From the NCBI GenBank assembly GCA_045614705.1, contig JAZLDM010000017.1, positions 5,263 to 69,262 of the forward strand: DNA of 64,000 nucleotides, read 5' to 3'. The stretch is from Akkermansia sp. (lineage in GTDB: Bacteria > Verrucomicrobiota > Verrucomicrobiia > Verrucomicrobiales > Akkermansiaceae). Position 1 is the first letter of the stretch. Each line of letters begins with the position of its first letter. Below are positions 26,794 through 36,039 of this stretch, one piece after another. Position numbers and translations under genes: made by a program. A model generated the notes under the pieces. The model was not told the origin of the DNA and ran no database searches. It saw nothing but the letters and a program-made list of their open reading frames with translations.

Positions 26794-29142
26794 TCAGAGG
26801 ATGTTATAGCCGAGCTCGGTTATTGTGTGGTGAATGGTAGCGAGCGGAACGTCGTGAGAGGTGGTAATCGTGACGGTTTTTGCCTTGTAATCGGCGTGGC
26901 AGTCGGTGATTCCGGGAATGGCAAGCAGTGCTTTATTGACGTGATTCTCGCAATGGGGGCACATCATGCCGTCTACATGTATGGTGATGGTGTTCATATT
27001 GAGTTGTGGGGTGGGGGTGAAGTGGCGCAGTCGCAGTGCGTTGGAGACTACGCAGAGGCTGCTCATGCCCATAGCGGCAGCTGCCACGGCCGGGTGGAGA
27101 AGCCAACCGGTGAGGGGATAAAGAATGCCGGCTGCTACGGGAATAGCCAAGCAGTTGTAGAGCAGAGCCCAGAATAAGTTGGTACGAATATTCTGTATAA
27201 CCGCTCGGCTCAGCCGCAGGGCATCTACAGCATCCATCAGATTGCTGCGCACTAGGATAACTCCGGCGCACTCCATGGCGATATCGGTGCCGGCACCGAT
27301 GGCGATGCCAACGTCGGCGCGGGTGAGGGCGGGTGCATCGTTGATTCCGTCACCTACCATGGCAACGCAGTGCCCTTCTGCTTGCAGGCGGCGCACCAGC
27401 GCATCTTTGTCCTGCGGCAGGGCTTCGGCATGGACTTCATCCACCCCGGCGCGTAGGGCGATGGCATGGGCCGTGCGTGAGTTGTCGCCGCTTATCATGA
27501 GCACGCGCAGGCCGGCCTGCTTCATGGCGGCAATGGCGGCGGGTGATTCGGGCTTTATAGTGTCGGCCACGGCCAGAGTGCCGATGAGTTCGTTGCCTTG
27601 TGCGAAGAAAATCGGGGTTTTACCTGCTGCGGTCAGAGCGGCGACATCGGGGACACTTACGCCTATTTCGGACATAAGGGTGGCATTTCCGGCGGCACAG
27701 GGTACGGAGCCGATGCTCGCTGTTATGCCTCTCCCGGGTAGGTAAGTTAAGCTGTTGCAAGGTTCGGGTGTAAGACTTGCTGCGGCCTGTAGTACGGCCT
27801 CGGCCAGCGGGTGATTGCTGCCGCTCTCCAGAGTGACGGCGAGCTGCAGCAGTTCTTCGTTGCTGTGAGCGGGAGCGGGTAGGGTATCGGTGACGACCGG
27901 GTGACCGGTGGTGATGGTGCCGGTCTTGTCGAGCACTACGGCTGTGGCGCGCCGGGCGGTCTCGAGTGCTGTACCGTTGCGGAACAATATACCACACTCA
28001 GCCCCGCGTCCTGTCCCAACCATGATTGCTACCGGTGTGGCCAGTCCCAGCGCGCAGGGACAACTGATAACCAGCACGGCAATGGCGCATGATAGCGCAA
28101 AACCAACTCCGGCACCCAGCAATAGCCAAGTAAGGGCAGTCAGAAGTGATATGGCCACGACAACTGGCACAAACACGCCCGATATACGGTCGGCCAGGCG
28201 AGAAATGGGGGCTTTGGTGGCAGCAGCCTCGCCCACCAGGGATACGATGCCGGCCAGTGCGCTGCTCGCCGCTGTTTTGTCTGTCCGTATTTGCAGGGCT
28301 CCATTGCGGTTTACTGTACCGGCATACACGTAGGCTCCCGGCGTTTTTTCCACCGGCAGGCTTTCACCGGTGAGGGGGGCCTCATCCGCTGCCGAGGTGC
28401 CCTCGGTCACGGTGCCGTCCACCGGCATGCGTTCACCGGGGCGAACCAGTACGATTTCGCCTACTTGCACAGCGTCTGCCGGGATGTTGGTGGGAGTGCC
28501 GTTTCGCAGAACAGTAGCGGTTCGTGGCAGCAGGGAGAGCAGTTTTTCCAGTGCTTCGCCGGTGCGGCCCGTGGCTCGGCTTTCCAGCCATTTGCCCAGG
28601 GTGATGAGCGTCACAATCATAGCCGCACACTCGAAATAATAGGCCCCGCGGTGGGCAAAATAGAAATTGGCCAGACCGTCCATCATAGCGGCACCTGCAC
28701 CCAGCGCTACTAGGGTGTCCATGTTGGCTGCTCCCTTCAGCACAGCTTTCAGCCCGTTGATAAAAAACTTTCGGTTAAGCCACAGAATTGGCAGAGCCAG
28801 CAGGAGCTGCACGATAGCCGAGGGCAGGCCATGCCATAGGTGGTGAATGGCCATGAGCGGCAGCAGAATGCTCAGCGACAGTACCAATCGGCGGCGCAGC
28901 CCGCTGTCTTCGCGTTTCGTAGTGTTGGCACCCTGAGCTAAGGCAGCACCATAGCCTGCAGCCTCGATTGCGGAGATGATAGCGGCCTCACTCAGTTCCG
29001 CGCTGAATTGCGCTCGCATGCTGCCGGTCAGTAGGTTTACTTGTACACTCCGCACTCCGGGCAGTACCGACACGGCACGCTCCACTCTGGCTGAGCAAGC
29101 GGAGCAGCTCATGCCGGTTACTTTGAATTGTTCCTCTCGCAT
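26794..29142 (-). CDS. copA: Copper-translocating P1B-type ATPase with N- and C-terminal HMA domains
   Basis: 782 aa. N-terminal GMSCSACSARVE; TM CPC motif (VISCPCALGLATP); DKTGTIT; GDGINDAPAL. C-terminal second HMA: ITIHVDGMMCPHCENHVNKAL. Confidence 0.93.
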   Translation of the reverse strand: MREEQFKVTGMSCSACSARVERAVSVLPGVRSVQVNLLTGSMRAQFSAELSEAAIISAIEAAGYGAALAQGANTTKREDSGLRRRLVLSLSILLPLMAIHHLWHGLPSAIVQLLLALPILWLNRKFFINGLKAVLKGAANMDTLVALGAGAAMMDGLANFYFAHRGAYYFECAAMIVTLITLGKWLESRATGRTGEALEKLLSLLPRTATVLRNGTPTNIPADAVQVGEIVLVRPGERMPVDGTVTEGTSAADEAPLTGESLPVEKTPGAYVYAGTVNRNGALQIRTDKTAASSALAGIVSLVGEAAATKAPISRLADRISGVFVPVVVAISLLTALTWLLLGAGVGFALSCAIAVLVISCPCALGLATPVAIMVGTGRGAECGILFRNGTALETARRATAVVLDKTGTITTGHPVVTDTLPAPAHSNEELLQLAVTLESGSNHPLAEAVLQAAASLTPEPCNSLTYLPGRGITASIGSVPCAAGNATLMSEIGVSVPDVAALTAAGKTPIFFAQGNELIGTLAVADTIKPESPAAIAAMKQAGLRVLMISGDNSRTAHAIALRAGVDEVHAEALPQDKDALVRRLQAEGHCVAMVGDGINDAPALTRADVGIAIGAGTDIAMECAGVILVRSNLMDAVDALRLSRAVIQNIRTNLFWALLYNCLAIPVAAGILYPLTGWLLHPAVAAAAMGMSSLCVVSNALRLRHFTPTPQLNMNTITIHVDGMMCPHCENHVNKALLAIPGITDCHADYKAKTVTITTSHDVPLATIHHTITELGYNIL

Positions 29143-29280
29143 AACTGCGTTAAATTACTTTTATTGTACGGTTTTTGCTGAGTTGGGAAAGGTTAATTGT
29201 TGTCATGCTGGCGGAAGCTCTGTACAAAAAATCGGGCAATTAGAAGAGGTTCCCTGAACCAGCGAGGAAACCGTAGCAGC

Positions 29281-30318
29281 TCAAGTTGCCGTAGGAAGTA
29301 AATTGTCCAGCAGCGCCCGCATGGTTTGCATTTTTGCTGCGGTTTCTTGCCACTCGCACTCTTCGACCGAGTCGGGCATGAGCCCGCCGCCGGCATACAG
29401 ACGGCAGAACCCCGGGAAAATCTGCATGCACCTCAGTGCAACGTAGAGCTGGACTTCGCCATTGCCCCAATGTCCCAGGTAGCCGGCGTAGCATGTGCGG
29501 TCAATATCGGGGTAGGTGAGCAAAAGCTCACGCGCAGCCGCTACGGGCGAACCGCATACAGCCGGGGTGGGGGGCAGTTGCTCCAGCAGGAGCAGCAAGC
29601 GCCCCGGGGGCATGCGCAGGTGAAAGCGGGTGCAAAGGTGCTCGATGTTACCGGCTCGCAGGTTTTCGGGTTCGCTTTCGTTAATTTCGTCTGCCAGCGG
29701 AGTGAGTACCTCGCGCATGAACTCGGTTACCAGCACTTGTTCACGGCGATTTTTGGTATCCCATGGCAATCGGCTGGGCATGCGTGTGCCGGCGAGGGCC
29801 ATGGTGTACCAGTCGGTACCGCTACCGGTAATGAGCTGTTCCGGTGTGCAGAATAGCCAAGTGCCGTGTTCCGGGGTGTGTACCAGTGCTTTGAAGGCTT
29901 CCGGGCGGTCGGCACAGGCTTGCAGAAACGCCCGCGTCGGGGAAAAAGTTTGGCTCACCTCGGCATCTTCCGTGCGAGCCAAGACTATTTTCCGAACTTG
30001 CCTGTTGCGTATAAAATCCGTGTAGAGCTTGAATTTTGCGGCATATTCCTCGCGCGAGGTAGCTGCTTGTAGTGGTACTTGCTGTAGCTCGGGCCAGGCG
30101 TCTGCCACGGGCGGTTCGTCTAATTCAGCGGGGATGAAGAGTTGCTTCCCAGTGAATGTAGCCAGTATAAATCCGTTGCGGAAGATAAAATCCTGCTCCG
30201 TTCGTCCATCTGCTGCCATGCAGAATCGGGGTTCCGTATCACCGGGTAGCGCATAGAGCGCAAAGGCACAGTGCCGCCCGCACAGTGCATCCACTCTCTC
30301 TACTGCCCACGTCTGCAT
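29281..30318 (-). CDS. menF: Isochorismate synthase (menaquinone-type, short form)
   Basis: Chorismate-binding C-terminal motifs LAGT, PPTPAVCGSP, CYAGYLGHW, VALRCMQ, YAGGGLMPDSVEECEWQETAAK. Start set at ATG 30318 because of the promoter geometry; the ORF track starts at GTG 30324. Confidence 0.85.
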   Translation of the reverse strand: MQTWAVERVDALCGRHCAFALYALPGDTEPRFCMAADGRTEQDFIFRNGFILATFTGKQLFIPAELDEPPVADAWPELQQVPLQAATSREEYAAKFKLYTDFIRNRQVRKIVLARTEDAEVSQTFSPTRAFLQACADRPEAFKALVHTPEHGTWLFCTPEQLITGSGTDWYTMALAGTRMPSRLPWDTKNRREQVLVTEFMREVLTPLADEINESEPENLRAGNIEHLCTRFHLRMPPGRLLLLLEQLPPTPAVCGSPVAAARELLLTYPDIDRTCYAGYLGHWGNGEVQLYVALRCMQIFPGFCRLYAGGGLMPDSVEECEWQETAAKMQTMRALLDNLLPTAT

Positions 30319-30324
30319 GACCAC

Positions 30325-30353
30325 AGTCTAGCACATTTATTTCACTTTGGCAA
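30325..30353 (-). promoter_or_regulatory. Sigma70-like promoter in leaderless geometry (menF)
   Basis: Minus strand: TTGCCA (30353-30348), 17 nt, TAGACT (30330-30325), 6 nt, ATG 30318. Confidence 0.55.
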
Positions 30354-30410
30354 GGGGGGATATATGACTCCGAGCCGGGGGTGGGCTAACAGTCGTTATC
30401 ATCCGAATGG

Positions 30411-30447
30411 TAAAAAGGAAGAGCAGCAGTCTTGTGACTGCTGCTCT
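30411..30447 (-). terminator. Terminator of the sulfatase gene
   Basis: 11-bp stem AGAGCAGCAGT (30420-30430) / ACTGCTGCTCT (30437-30447). On the minus strand it is followed by TTCCTTTTT. Confidence 0.7.
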
Positions 30448-30470
30448 TGAAAGGGAGGTGGAAATTACTT

Positions 30471-32735
30471 TTAGTGTGCGATATGCCTGAAAGCCTCATT
30501 CGGTATATCTACCTTAGGCGTTTGTTTGCCATTGTGAGGGCCACGGTTCCACTCGAGCTTGAGCGTACCGGGGGCGGATTGCCCCTGTACCACAGTAATG
30601 GTAATGGGGTGCAGCCCTGCCTTGAGCGGTATGCCTTTCTTGCCGGTTTTGGCGGCATCGAGTTCTACGGTGTTGGCAGCTGCGGATTCCGTTGCAGTGG
30701 TACCGGGGGTGTAATTGAAGTCGGCATCCACCAGGTTGAAGTTGTGGAGCTTCACGAAGGCTTTGCTGCCGGGTACATCGCTGAGAGTGAGGTAGAAGTG
30801 CCAGTGGTTGCCATCATTGGGCACATTGAGATAGCCCGTATAGGTAGTGATGGTACCGGCGGGCAGGGTGGCGCCGTTCGGATTGGCAACTTGCAGGTCG
30901 AGCGTGGCAGGGGCGTTCACACCTGCGGGAACCCAGGGGGATTCTGCTTGTACTTGCTGTATGTAAAGACCGGTATGGAGTTGCTCCGGGCAGGTGGGGG
31001 GATTGGCCGGAACAAGGTTCATATCGTAACTGCGGAACCCGCCGCAGCTGTTGTTGCGCCTGGGGGCTTGCGGGTCGCGGTAGTAGTCATACGCGCGGCG
31101 ATTCCACAGGGCGAGGTTATGCAGGAACTGCTGCATTTGCGGGCATTTGCCAGCGGGCAGGGGGCTGCTTTCGTGGGGGTCCGTCTCTGTATCGAAAAGC
31201 TCCCAATCCTCGGTGCCGTTTTTGACACCGGTACGCAGGGCTTTAATCCAACGATTGCTACGGTTGTCGAAGAATATCAGCACCTGCTGCTCCCCGCGCA
31301 CTCGGCCTTTCTTGTTGTCGGCATAGTCTCGGTATTGGGCCATGCCGCCCCCGAAGGCATACTCCGCATACAATACGCGGTTGGGTTGAGCGCTCAGGGT
31401 GTCATGCCCTTGCAGCAGGGGCAGCAGCGAGGTGCCATCGCAACGAGCAGGCACAGGTACACCTGCCAAATCGGCTACAGTAGCCATCCAATCTTGGAAT
31501 TGTGTGGGTGTCGTGCTTACCAGACCGCCTTTGATAATGCCGGGGGCATATACCACGCAGGGTACACGCAGACCGCCATCGAAGACGTCGCGCTTAATCC
31601 CATCGTGGTTGCCATAACTGCGGAAGAAGGAGGGGTCTTGTGCCGGTGCCGGGTGCCCGGCAAAGCCGTATACGGCGCCGGGTTCGTCGTGTGAGCCGTT
31701 GTCACTGGTGAAGATGATAACCGTGTTTTCTGCAATTCCCAAATCCTCGCAGAGTTTGACAAGGTCGCCCACGCCCTCGTCTACGCGTGTAATCATCGAG
31801 GCATGGCGGCGGGCGGTCATGAGCTTGTGGGCTGCATTGTTACCATAGCGAGCGGTCGCATAGTCCTGCCATGCTTCGCGATACTGCGGGTGAATGAAGG
31901 TATCCCAGTCAGCCGGGCGGGCTGTGTTAATCATTTGCCCCGGGGTGCCTAACCATTGGACTCCACCGTTCAGCCCCCCACCTGCGGGGTAGGGGCCAGC
32001 CGGAATTCCTAAGCGTGCATGCGGCGCCACATAGGTGAGAGCCAAGAAGATGGGCTTATCTTTGTCCGCCTGTTTTTGCTCGGTAATCCATTTTTTTGCG
32101 CGGGCTGTGAAGAGATCTGTGCAGTAGCAGCCATCCAGACGGTCGGTTATCATTTCATCTCCGTCCCAGATGGCGTTGCGGTGTGTTTCCGGGTCGGCAT
32201 TGCTCTCCTCCTTGGGGTAATGACGGTGGCCGGCCAAGTGGTTGTTGTAGCCGAAGAAGTAGTCAAAACCGCGTTTGGTGGGCCAAGCCGGGCAGGTGGT
32301 GGGAGTGCCGCCGCTTTCGCGCCCGCCGCCGATTCCCCATTTGCCAATGAGAGCAGTACTATAACCGGCGGCCTTCAATACTGTGGCTAGGGTGTGGCCG
32401 TTTTCCAGTGCTGCATCGAAACTGTTGTTGCGAATCACTTCGGCATGGCCTTGGTGCAAGCCGGTGAAGAGCGAGGCTCTGGCCGGTGCGCAAACCGGTG
32501 CGCATGTATAGTGGCGCCGCAACTGGGCACCCTGCGTGGCCAATCTATCCAGTGTAGGTGTATCAATTCTCGGGGTGTCAGCATGCTCGGCGGGCTGGTT
32601 CAGCCCCAAGTCACCCCATCCCATATCGTCCACCAGTACCAATATAATGTTCGGTTTTTGCTGTGTCGGTTCAGCTGCTGTTGCTAAACAGGCTGCCAGG
32701 GACAGCAAAAGCCCTGTGAAAATGGCTCGTTTCAT
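30471..32735 (-). CDS. Secreted formylglycine-dependent sulfatase with a PA14-like C-terminal domain
   Basis: Signal peptide MKRAIFTGLLLSLAACLATAAEP. Sulfatase motifs NIILVLVDDMGWGD and CAPARASLFTG (C-x-P-x-R). The last ~170 aa resemble PA14 (YTGYLNVPNDGNHWHFYL...LKAGLHPITI...LKLEW). AAGGAG lies 6 nt before ATG 32735. The ORF track's upstream extension was rejected. Confidence 0.85.
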   Translation of the reverse strand: MKRAIFTGLLLSLAACLATAAEPTQQKPNIILVLVDDMGWGDLGLNQPAEHADTPRIDTPTLDRLATQGAQLRRHYTCAPVCAPARASLFTGLHQGHAEVIRNNSFDAALENGHTLATVLKAAGYSTALIGKWGIGGGRESGGTPTTCPAWPTKRGFDYFFGYNNHLAGHRHYPKEESNADPETHRNAIWDGDEMITDRLDGCYCTDLFTARAKKWITEQKQADKDKPIFLALTYVAPHARLGIPAGPYPAGGGLNGGVQWLGTPGQMINTARPADWDTFIHPQYREAWQDYATARYGNNAAHKLMTARRHASMITRVDEGVGDLVKLCEDLGIAENTVIIFTSDNGSHDEPGAVYGFAGHPAPAQDPSFFRSYGNHDGIKRDVFDGGLRVPCVVYAPGIIKGGLVSTTPTQFQDWMATVADLAGVPVPARCDGTSLLPLLQGHDTLSAQPNRVLYAEYAFGGGMAQYRDYADNKKGRVRGEQQVLIFFDNRSNRWIKALRTGVKNGTEDWELFDTETDPHESSPLPAGKCPQMQQFLHNLALWNRRAYDYYRDPQAPRRNNSCGGFRSYDMNLVPANPPTCPEQLHTGLYIQQVQAESPWVPAGVNAPATLDLQVANPNGATLPAGTITTYTGYLNVPNDGNHWHFYLTLSDVPGSKAFVKLHNFNLVDADFNYTPGTTATESAAANTVELDAAKTGKKGIPLKAGLHPITITVVQGQSAPGTLKLEWNRGPHNGKQTPKVDIPNEAFRHIAH

Positions 32736-32857
32736 AGCTGTCTCCTTACTACCACATATCACTGAGCCTTTCAAGCAAAAAAGGTGTTGTTCCTTTGCTC
32801 TCTCCATGAAATTGTGTGAATAACAGCTCTAAAATTGCGTCATTCCTCACTATGTGC

Positions 32858-32886
32858 TTGCCTTTGTGTGGGTATGCGGGTATAAT
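32858..32886 (+). promoter_or_regulatory. Sigma70-like promoter of tig (leader about 30 nt)
   Basis: TTGCCT (32858-32863), 17 nt, TATAAT (32881-32886). ATG 32924. Confidence 0.5.
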
Positions 32887-32923
32887 TCCCACGCGAAATT
32901 TTTATCAAACCTCTATAGATATT

Positions 32924-34225
32924 ATGGAAATCAGCATCGAAAAAATCAGTGACTGTCAGGTAAGCCTGAGCGCTACCGTGCCTGCAAGTGATGTGGCAAC
33001 CGTGAAGGAGAACATCCTGGCCGGCTACGCCAAGAGCGCTCGTCTGCCCGGCTTCCGTCCCGGTAAGGCTCCCAAGAGCATGATTGCCAAGCGCTATGCC
33101 ACCGAAATCAATGAGGAGCTCGATATGCGCCTGAAGAGCGATATCCAGGATAAGTGCTTGGATGAGAATCCGGATATGAAGGTGCTGGATTTCGGTACCC
33201 CCGAGGGCGGTATGGCCGAAGATGGCTCCTACACCCTGAAGAGCACTCTGACTGTTGTGCCCGAGTTCGAGCTTCCCGAGTACATGGGTATTGAGGTTAC
33301 GGTGCCGAGCACTGAGGTGAGCGATGCCGAAATCGATGAGACCCTGCAGAAGTATGCCGAGACTTCCGCTAAGCACGAGGTCGTGGAGCGCGCCAGCGCC
33401 AAGGGCGATATCGTGGTTGTGGACTTCAAGACCTCTTGCGAGGGTAAGCCGGTGGCTGAGTACTGCGGTAAGAGCGTTGGTTTCCTTGAGGGCCGCGAGG
33501 ACTACTGGGTAAGCTTGCAGGATGACCGCTTCATCCCCGAGTTGGCCGATGGTCTGGTAGGCGTAAGCGCCGGTGAGACCAAAGATATCGTGGCTACTCT
33601 GAAGGAAGATTTCCCCATCTCTGACCTCGCCGGTAAGGAGGTTACCTTCACTTGCGACGTTAAGGAGGTGCGCGAGAAGCAGGTGCCCGAGGTAACAGCT
33701 GAGCTTTTCGCAACCGCTCTGCCCGGTAAGACCATGGAGGAAATCCGTGACATCGTTCGCGAGAACCTCAAGAGCAACAAGGAGCGCAGCAATGACGAGG
33801 CCAAGGCTGACCAGATTTCTGAGAAGCTTGCCGACCAGCTCACTTTCGCTCTGCCCGCAGACCTTGTGGAGCGCGAGAATGAGAACACCGTGCAGCGCAA
33901 GATTTATGCCGCTATTCAGGCCGGTGATTACGAGGCCGCTAAGGACATGGATGCTCTGCGCGAGAGCTCCAAGGCTGAGACTGAGCGCAACCTGCGCGTA
34001 TACTTCGCCCTGCAGGAGATTGCTCGCCGCGAGATGATTACTGCCAGCGATGCCGAGATGCTCAACGCTATCTCCAACATGGCTCAGCAGGCTCGCGAGA
34101 AGAACCTCAAGACCTTCGTTCGCAAGCTGCACCGCGAGAACCGCATGACCGGTATCCGCCTGAGCATCGTTACCTCCAAGGTTATCGACCTGCTTGCCCG
34201 TAACGCCAAGGTTACTGTGGAGTAA
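32924..34225 (+). CDS. tig: Trigger factor
   Basis: MEISIEKISDCQVSLSATVPAS...LPGFRPGKAPKSMIAKRY (ribosome-binding GFRxGxxP motif), then a PPIase-like middle and helical C-terminal arms. Upstream ORF-track extension rejected. Confidence 0.93.
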   Translation: MEISIEKISDCQVSLSATVPASDVATVKENILAGYAKSARLPGFRPGKAPKSMIAKRYATEINEELDMRLKSDIQDKCLDENPDMKVLDFGTPEGGMAEDGSYTLKSTLTVVPEFELPEYMGIEVTVPSTEVSDAEIDETLQKYAETSAKHEVVERASAKGDIVVVDFKTSCEGKPVAEYCGKSVGFLEGREDYWVSLQDDRFIPELADGLVGVSAGETKDIVATLKEDFPISDLAGKEVTFTCDVKEVREKQVPEVTAELFATALPGKTMEEIRDIVRENLKSNKERSNDEAKADQISEKLADQLTFALPADLVERENENTVQRKIYAAIQAGDYEAAKDMDALRESSKAETERNLRVYFALQEIARREMITASDAEMLNAISNMAQQAREKNLKTFVRKLHRENRMTGIRLSIVTSKVIDLLARNAKVTVE

Positions 34226-34275
34226 AGCTTCCCTCTCTGCATTGCAGAAAGTTTGACGGGTTCGCCCGTAAAGAG

Positions 34276-34306
34276 AAAAGCCGTAGTTTATGAAACTACG
34301 GCTTTT
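34276..34306. terminator. Bidirectional terminator between tig and the LemA-like gene
   Basis: Perfect stem AAAAGCCGTAGTTT (34276-34289) / AAACTACGGCTTTT (34293-34306). A- and T-runs are built into the arms. Confidence 0.85.
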
Positions 34307-34326
34307 CCGCGTTTATCGTCGACTAT

Positions 34327-34890
34327 TTAGTTTAACCTTGTTGTTGGTCGACCGGAAATTTCATCCATGGGCGAGAATCCGAGAGTAGGGGCCAGCAAAC
34401 GCATGGCGGGTTCATCGAGAGCCGCATTAAAATCGTGCACCGACCGGTTGTAGAGCCGGGCTTCCTCTGCTTGCATGCGGTGCGAAACGGCCATGGCCTG
34501 ATATAGGCCCAGAAGTTGTTCGTTTTCTCTCAATTGCGGGGTTGCTTCTACTGTGCGCCCGGAGTAGCGCAAAATGCGCTCCAGATTGCGCTCTGCGTGC
34601 CCCAACACTTGCCCGGCTCCCAGTACCGGGGCCGTTGTCAGTTCGGCCAATGCTCGGCGGCTGTCTTCCGTCCAGCGTCTCATGTCACGCGCCAATGTAT
34701 CCTCTTGCGGAAGATAGCAGGCAAACAAGCTTACGAAATCCCCTAGGCAATCATTCCTGTGGCGTGTGGCAAACTGCCATTTCTCCCAAGCATGCTGTAC
34801 ACGCTCATGCAAATGGTGCAGCCGTATAAAGGCACCAATGACCCATGCGCCTACCGCTACAAGCAATGCCAATGCGACTATGTACTCCAT
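34327..34890 (-). CDS. LemA-family membrane protein
   Basis: N-terminal TM followed by a LemA-like helical bundle. C-terminal EARLYNRSVHDFNAALDEPAMRLLAPTLGF matches the LemA R-x-YN-x-x-V-x-x-N...P pattern. Confidence 0.7.
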   Translation of the reverse strand: MEYIVALALLVAVGAWVIGAFIRLHHLHERVQHAWEKWQFATRHRNDCLGDFVSLFACYLPQEDTLARDMRRWTEDSRRALAELTTAPVLGAGQVLGHAERNLERILRYSGRTVEATPQLRENEQLLGLYQAMAVSHRMQAEEARLYNRSVHDFNAALDEPAMRLLAPTLGFSPMDEISGRPTTRLN

Positions 34891-34896
34891 GAACTA

Positions 34897-34925
34897 CTTT
34901 TACTCTAATATCAATTCCCGCGCAA
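34897..34925 (-). promoter_or_regulatory. Sigma70-like promoter in leaderless geometry (LemA-like gene)
   Basis: Minus strand: TTGCGC (34925-34920), 17 nt, TAAAAG (34902-34897), 6 nt, ATG 34890. Confidence 0.4.
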
Positions 34926-35025
34926 GTAGTTAGATTAAACAGTTGGTAATAAATTAAATTCGGTTTTGTTTGAACATTTTTTGTGTGTATTCGTCTATGA
35001 TAATGTATAACATATATAATCATAT

Positions 35026-35532
35026 ATGAAAACATTAGAAGACATGATAAATAGAGTTGTGCGGGTGATAGATATATCATCTCGCATGAAGGATTTCCCC
35101 GAGTTTGCTCCGCTGAGCAATTTGGGCGCGAAGCCATTTGTGATGGATGGTGTGGAGTGTGCTTGTTTGGAGGGCTTTCTGCAGGCATTGAAAACGCCGG
35201 ACAGGGAGCGACAGGTGGAGATATGTGCCATGAATGGGCCACATGCTAAGTGTGTGGGGGCTAAGATTATCTGGCAAGATAAGCAGACTCTCTATTGGTG
35301 CGGTCGCGCGTATGGGCGCCACACACAGGAGTACCAAGAGCTTATCTCCCGAGCTTATCAGGCATGTTATGACCAGTGTGAGGAGTTCCGTCGGCTCTTG
35401 GCTCAAACGGGTAACGCTATATTGGAACACTCTATCGGCAAGACTGACCCCACTCAAACAATTCTTACAATAGATGAGTTTGTGGGAAGGTTGGAACGCT
35501 TGCGAGAGAAAGGAACATTACTTGTTCAATGA
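35026..35532 (+). CDS. Divergent NADAR (YbiA/DUF1768)-like protein, paralogue 1
   Basis: 168 aa. LSNLGAKPFVMDGVECACLEGFLQALK parallels the YbiA FSNFAAWPIKVDGKTWPTSEHYFQAQK block. The later helix ...EEFRRLLAQTGNAILEHS parallels ...AELRALLLATAPAKLVEH. TATAAT (35015-35020) lies 5 nt before the ATG. Confidence 0.6.
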   Translation: MKTLEDMINRVVRVIDISSRMKDFPEFAPLSNLGAKPFVMDGVECACLEGFLQALKTPDRERQVEICAMNGPHAKCVGAKIIWQDKQTLYWCGRAYGRHTQEYQELISRAYQACYDQCEEFRRLLAQTGNAILEHSIGKTDPTQTILTIDEFVGRLERLREKGTLLVQ

Positions 35533-35536
35533 TGAG

Positions 35537-36028
35537 ATGAATCTGGAAGGTAATCCGGACTACTGCGAGGCTACACATTCGTATGATATCCGTACGAGTG
35601 TGTGGCCGTCTACCGTATTGAGTAATTTTGCGGCGAACACCTTTGAACTGGATGGGGTATTGTGTGCATCGATGGAGGGCTTTTTGCAGAGTCTAAAAGT
35701 TCAGGATGTCGATAAACAGGCAGAAATATGCTCGTTGGTAGGTGGGCGTGCCATGCGTGCCGGGCGACGTCATGACTGGAAAAGTTCGCAGTTGTTGTAC
35801 TGGCGTGGTCAGGTATATGGCCGCCACACGGTGGAGTACCAAGCGCTTATTACCCGAGCCTATCAGGCATGTTATGAGCAGTGTGCGGAGTTCAGAGCGG
35901 CTTTGGCTGCAACTGTCGGGCTACGATTGGCTCACAGTTTGGGTAAGTCTGACCCCTCGCAAACGGTGCTCACGGAGATAGAGTTCACGGAGCGTCTTAC
36001 TCGGCTACGCGATTGTGGAACCCTGTGA
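35537..36028 (+). CDS. Divergent NADAR (YbiA/DUF1768)-like protein, paralogue 2
   Basis: 163 aa from the ATG 4 nt after the paralogue-1 stop. LSNFAANTFELDGVLCASMEGFLQSLK. About half of aligned residues are identical to paralogue 1 by hand alignment. Confidence 0.6.
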   Translation: MNLEGNPDYCEATHSYDIRTSVWPSTVLSNFAANTFELDGVLCASMEGFLQSLKVQDVDKQAEICSLVGGRAMRAGRRHDWKSSQLLYWRGQVYGRHTVEYQALITRAYQACYEQCAEFRAALAATVGLRLAHSLGKSDPSQTVLTEIEFTERLTRLRDCGTL

Positions 36029-36039
36029 GGTTCCCTCTC

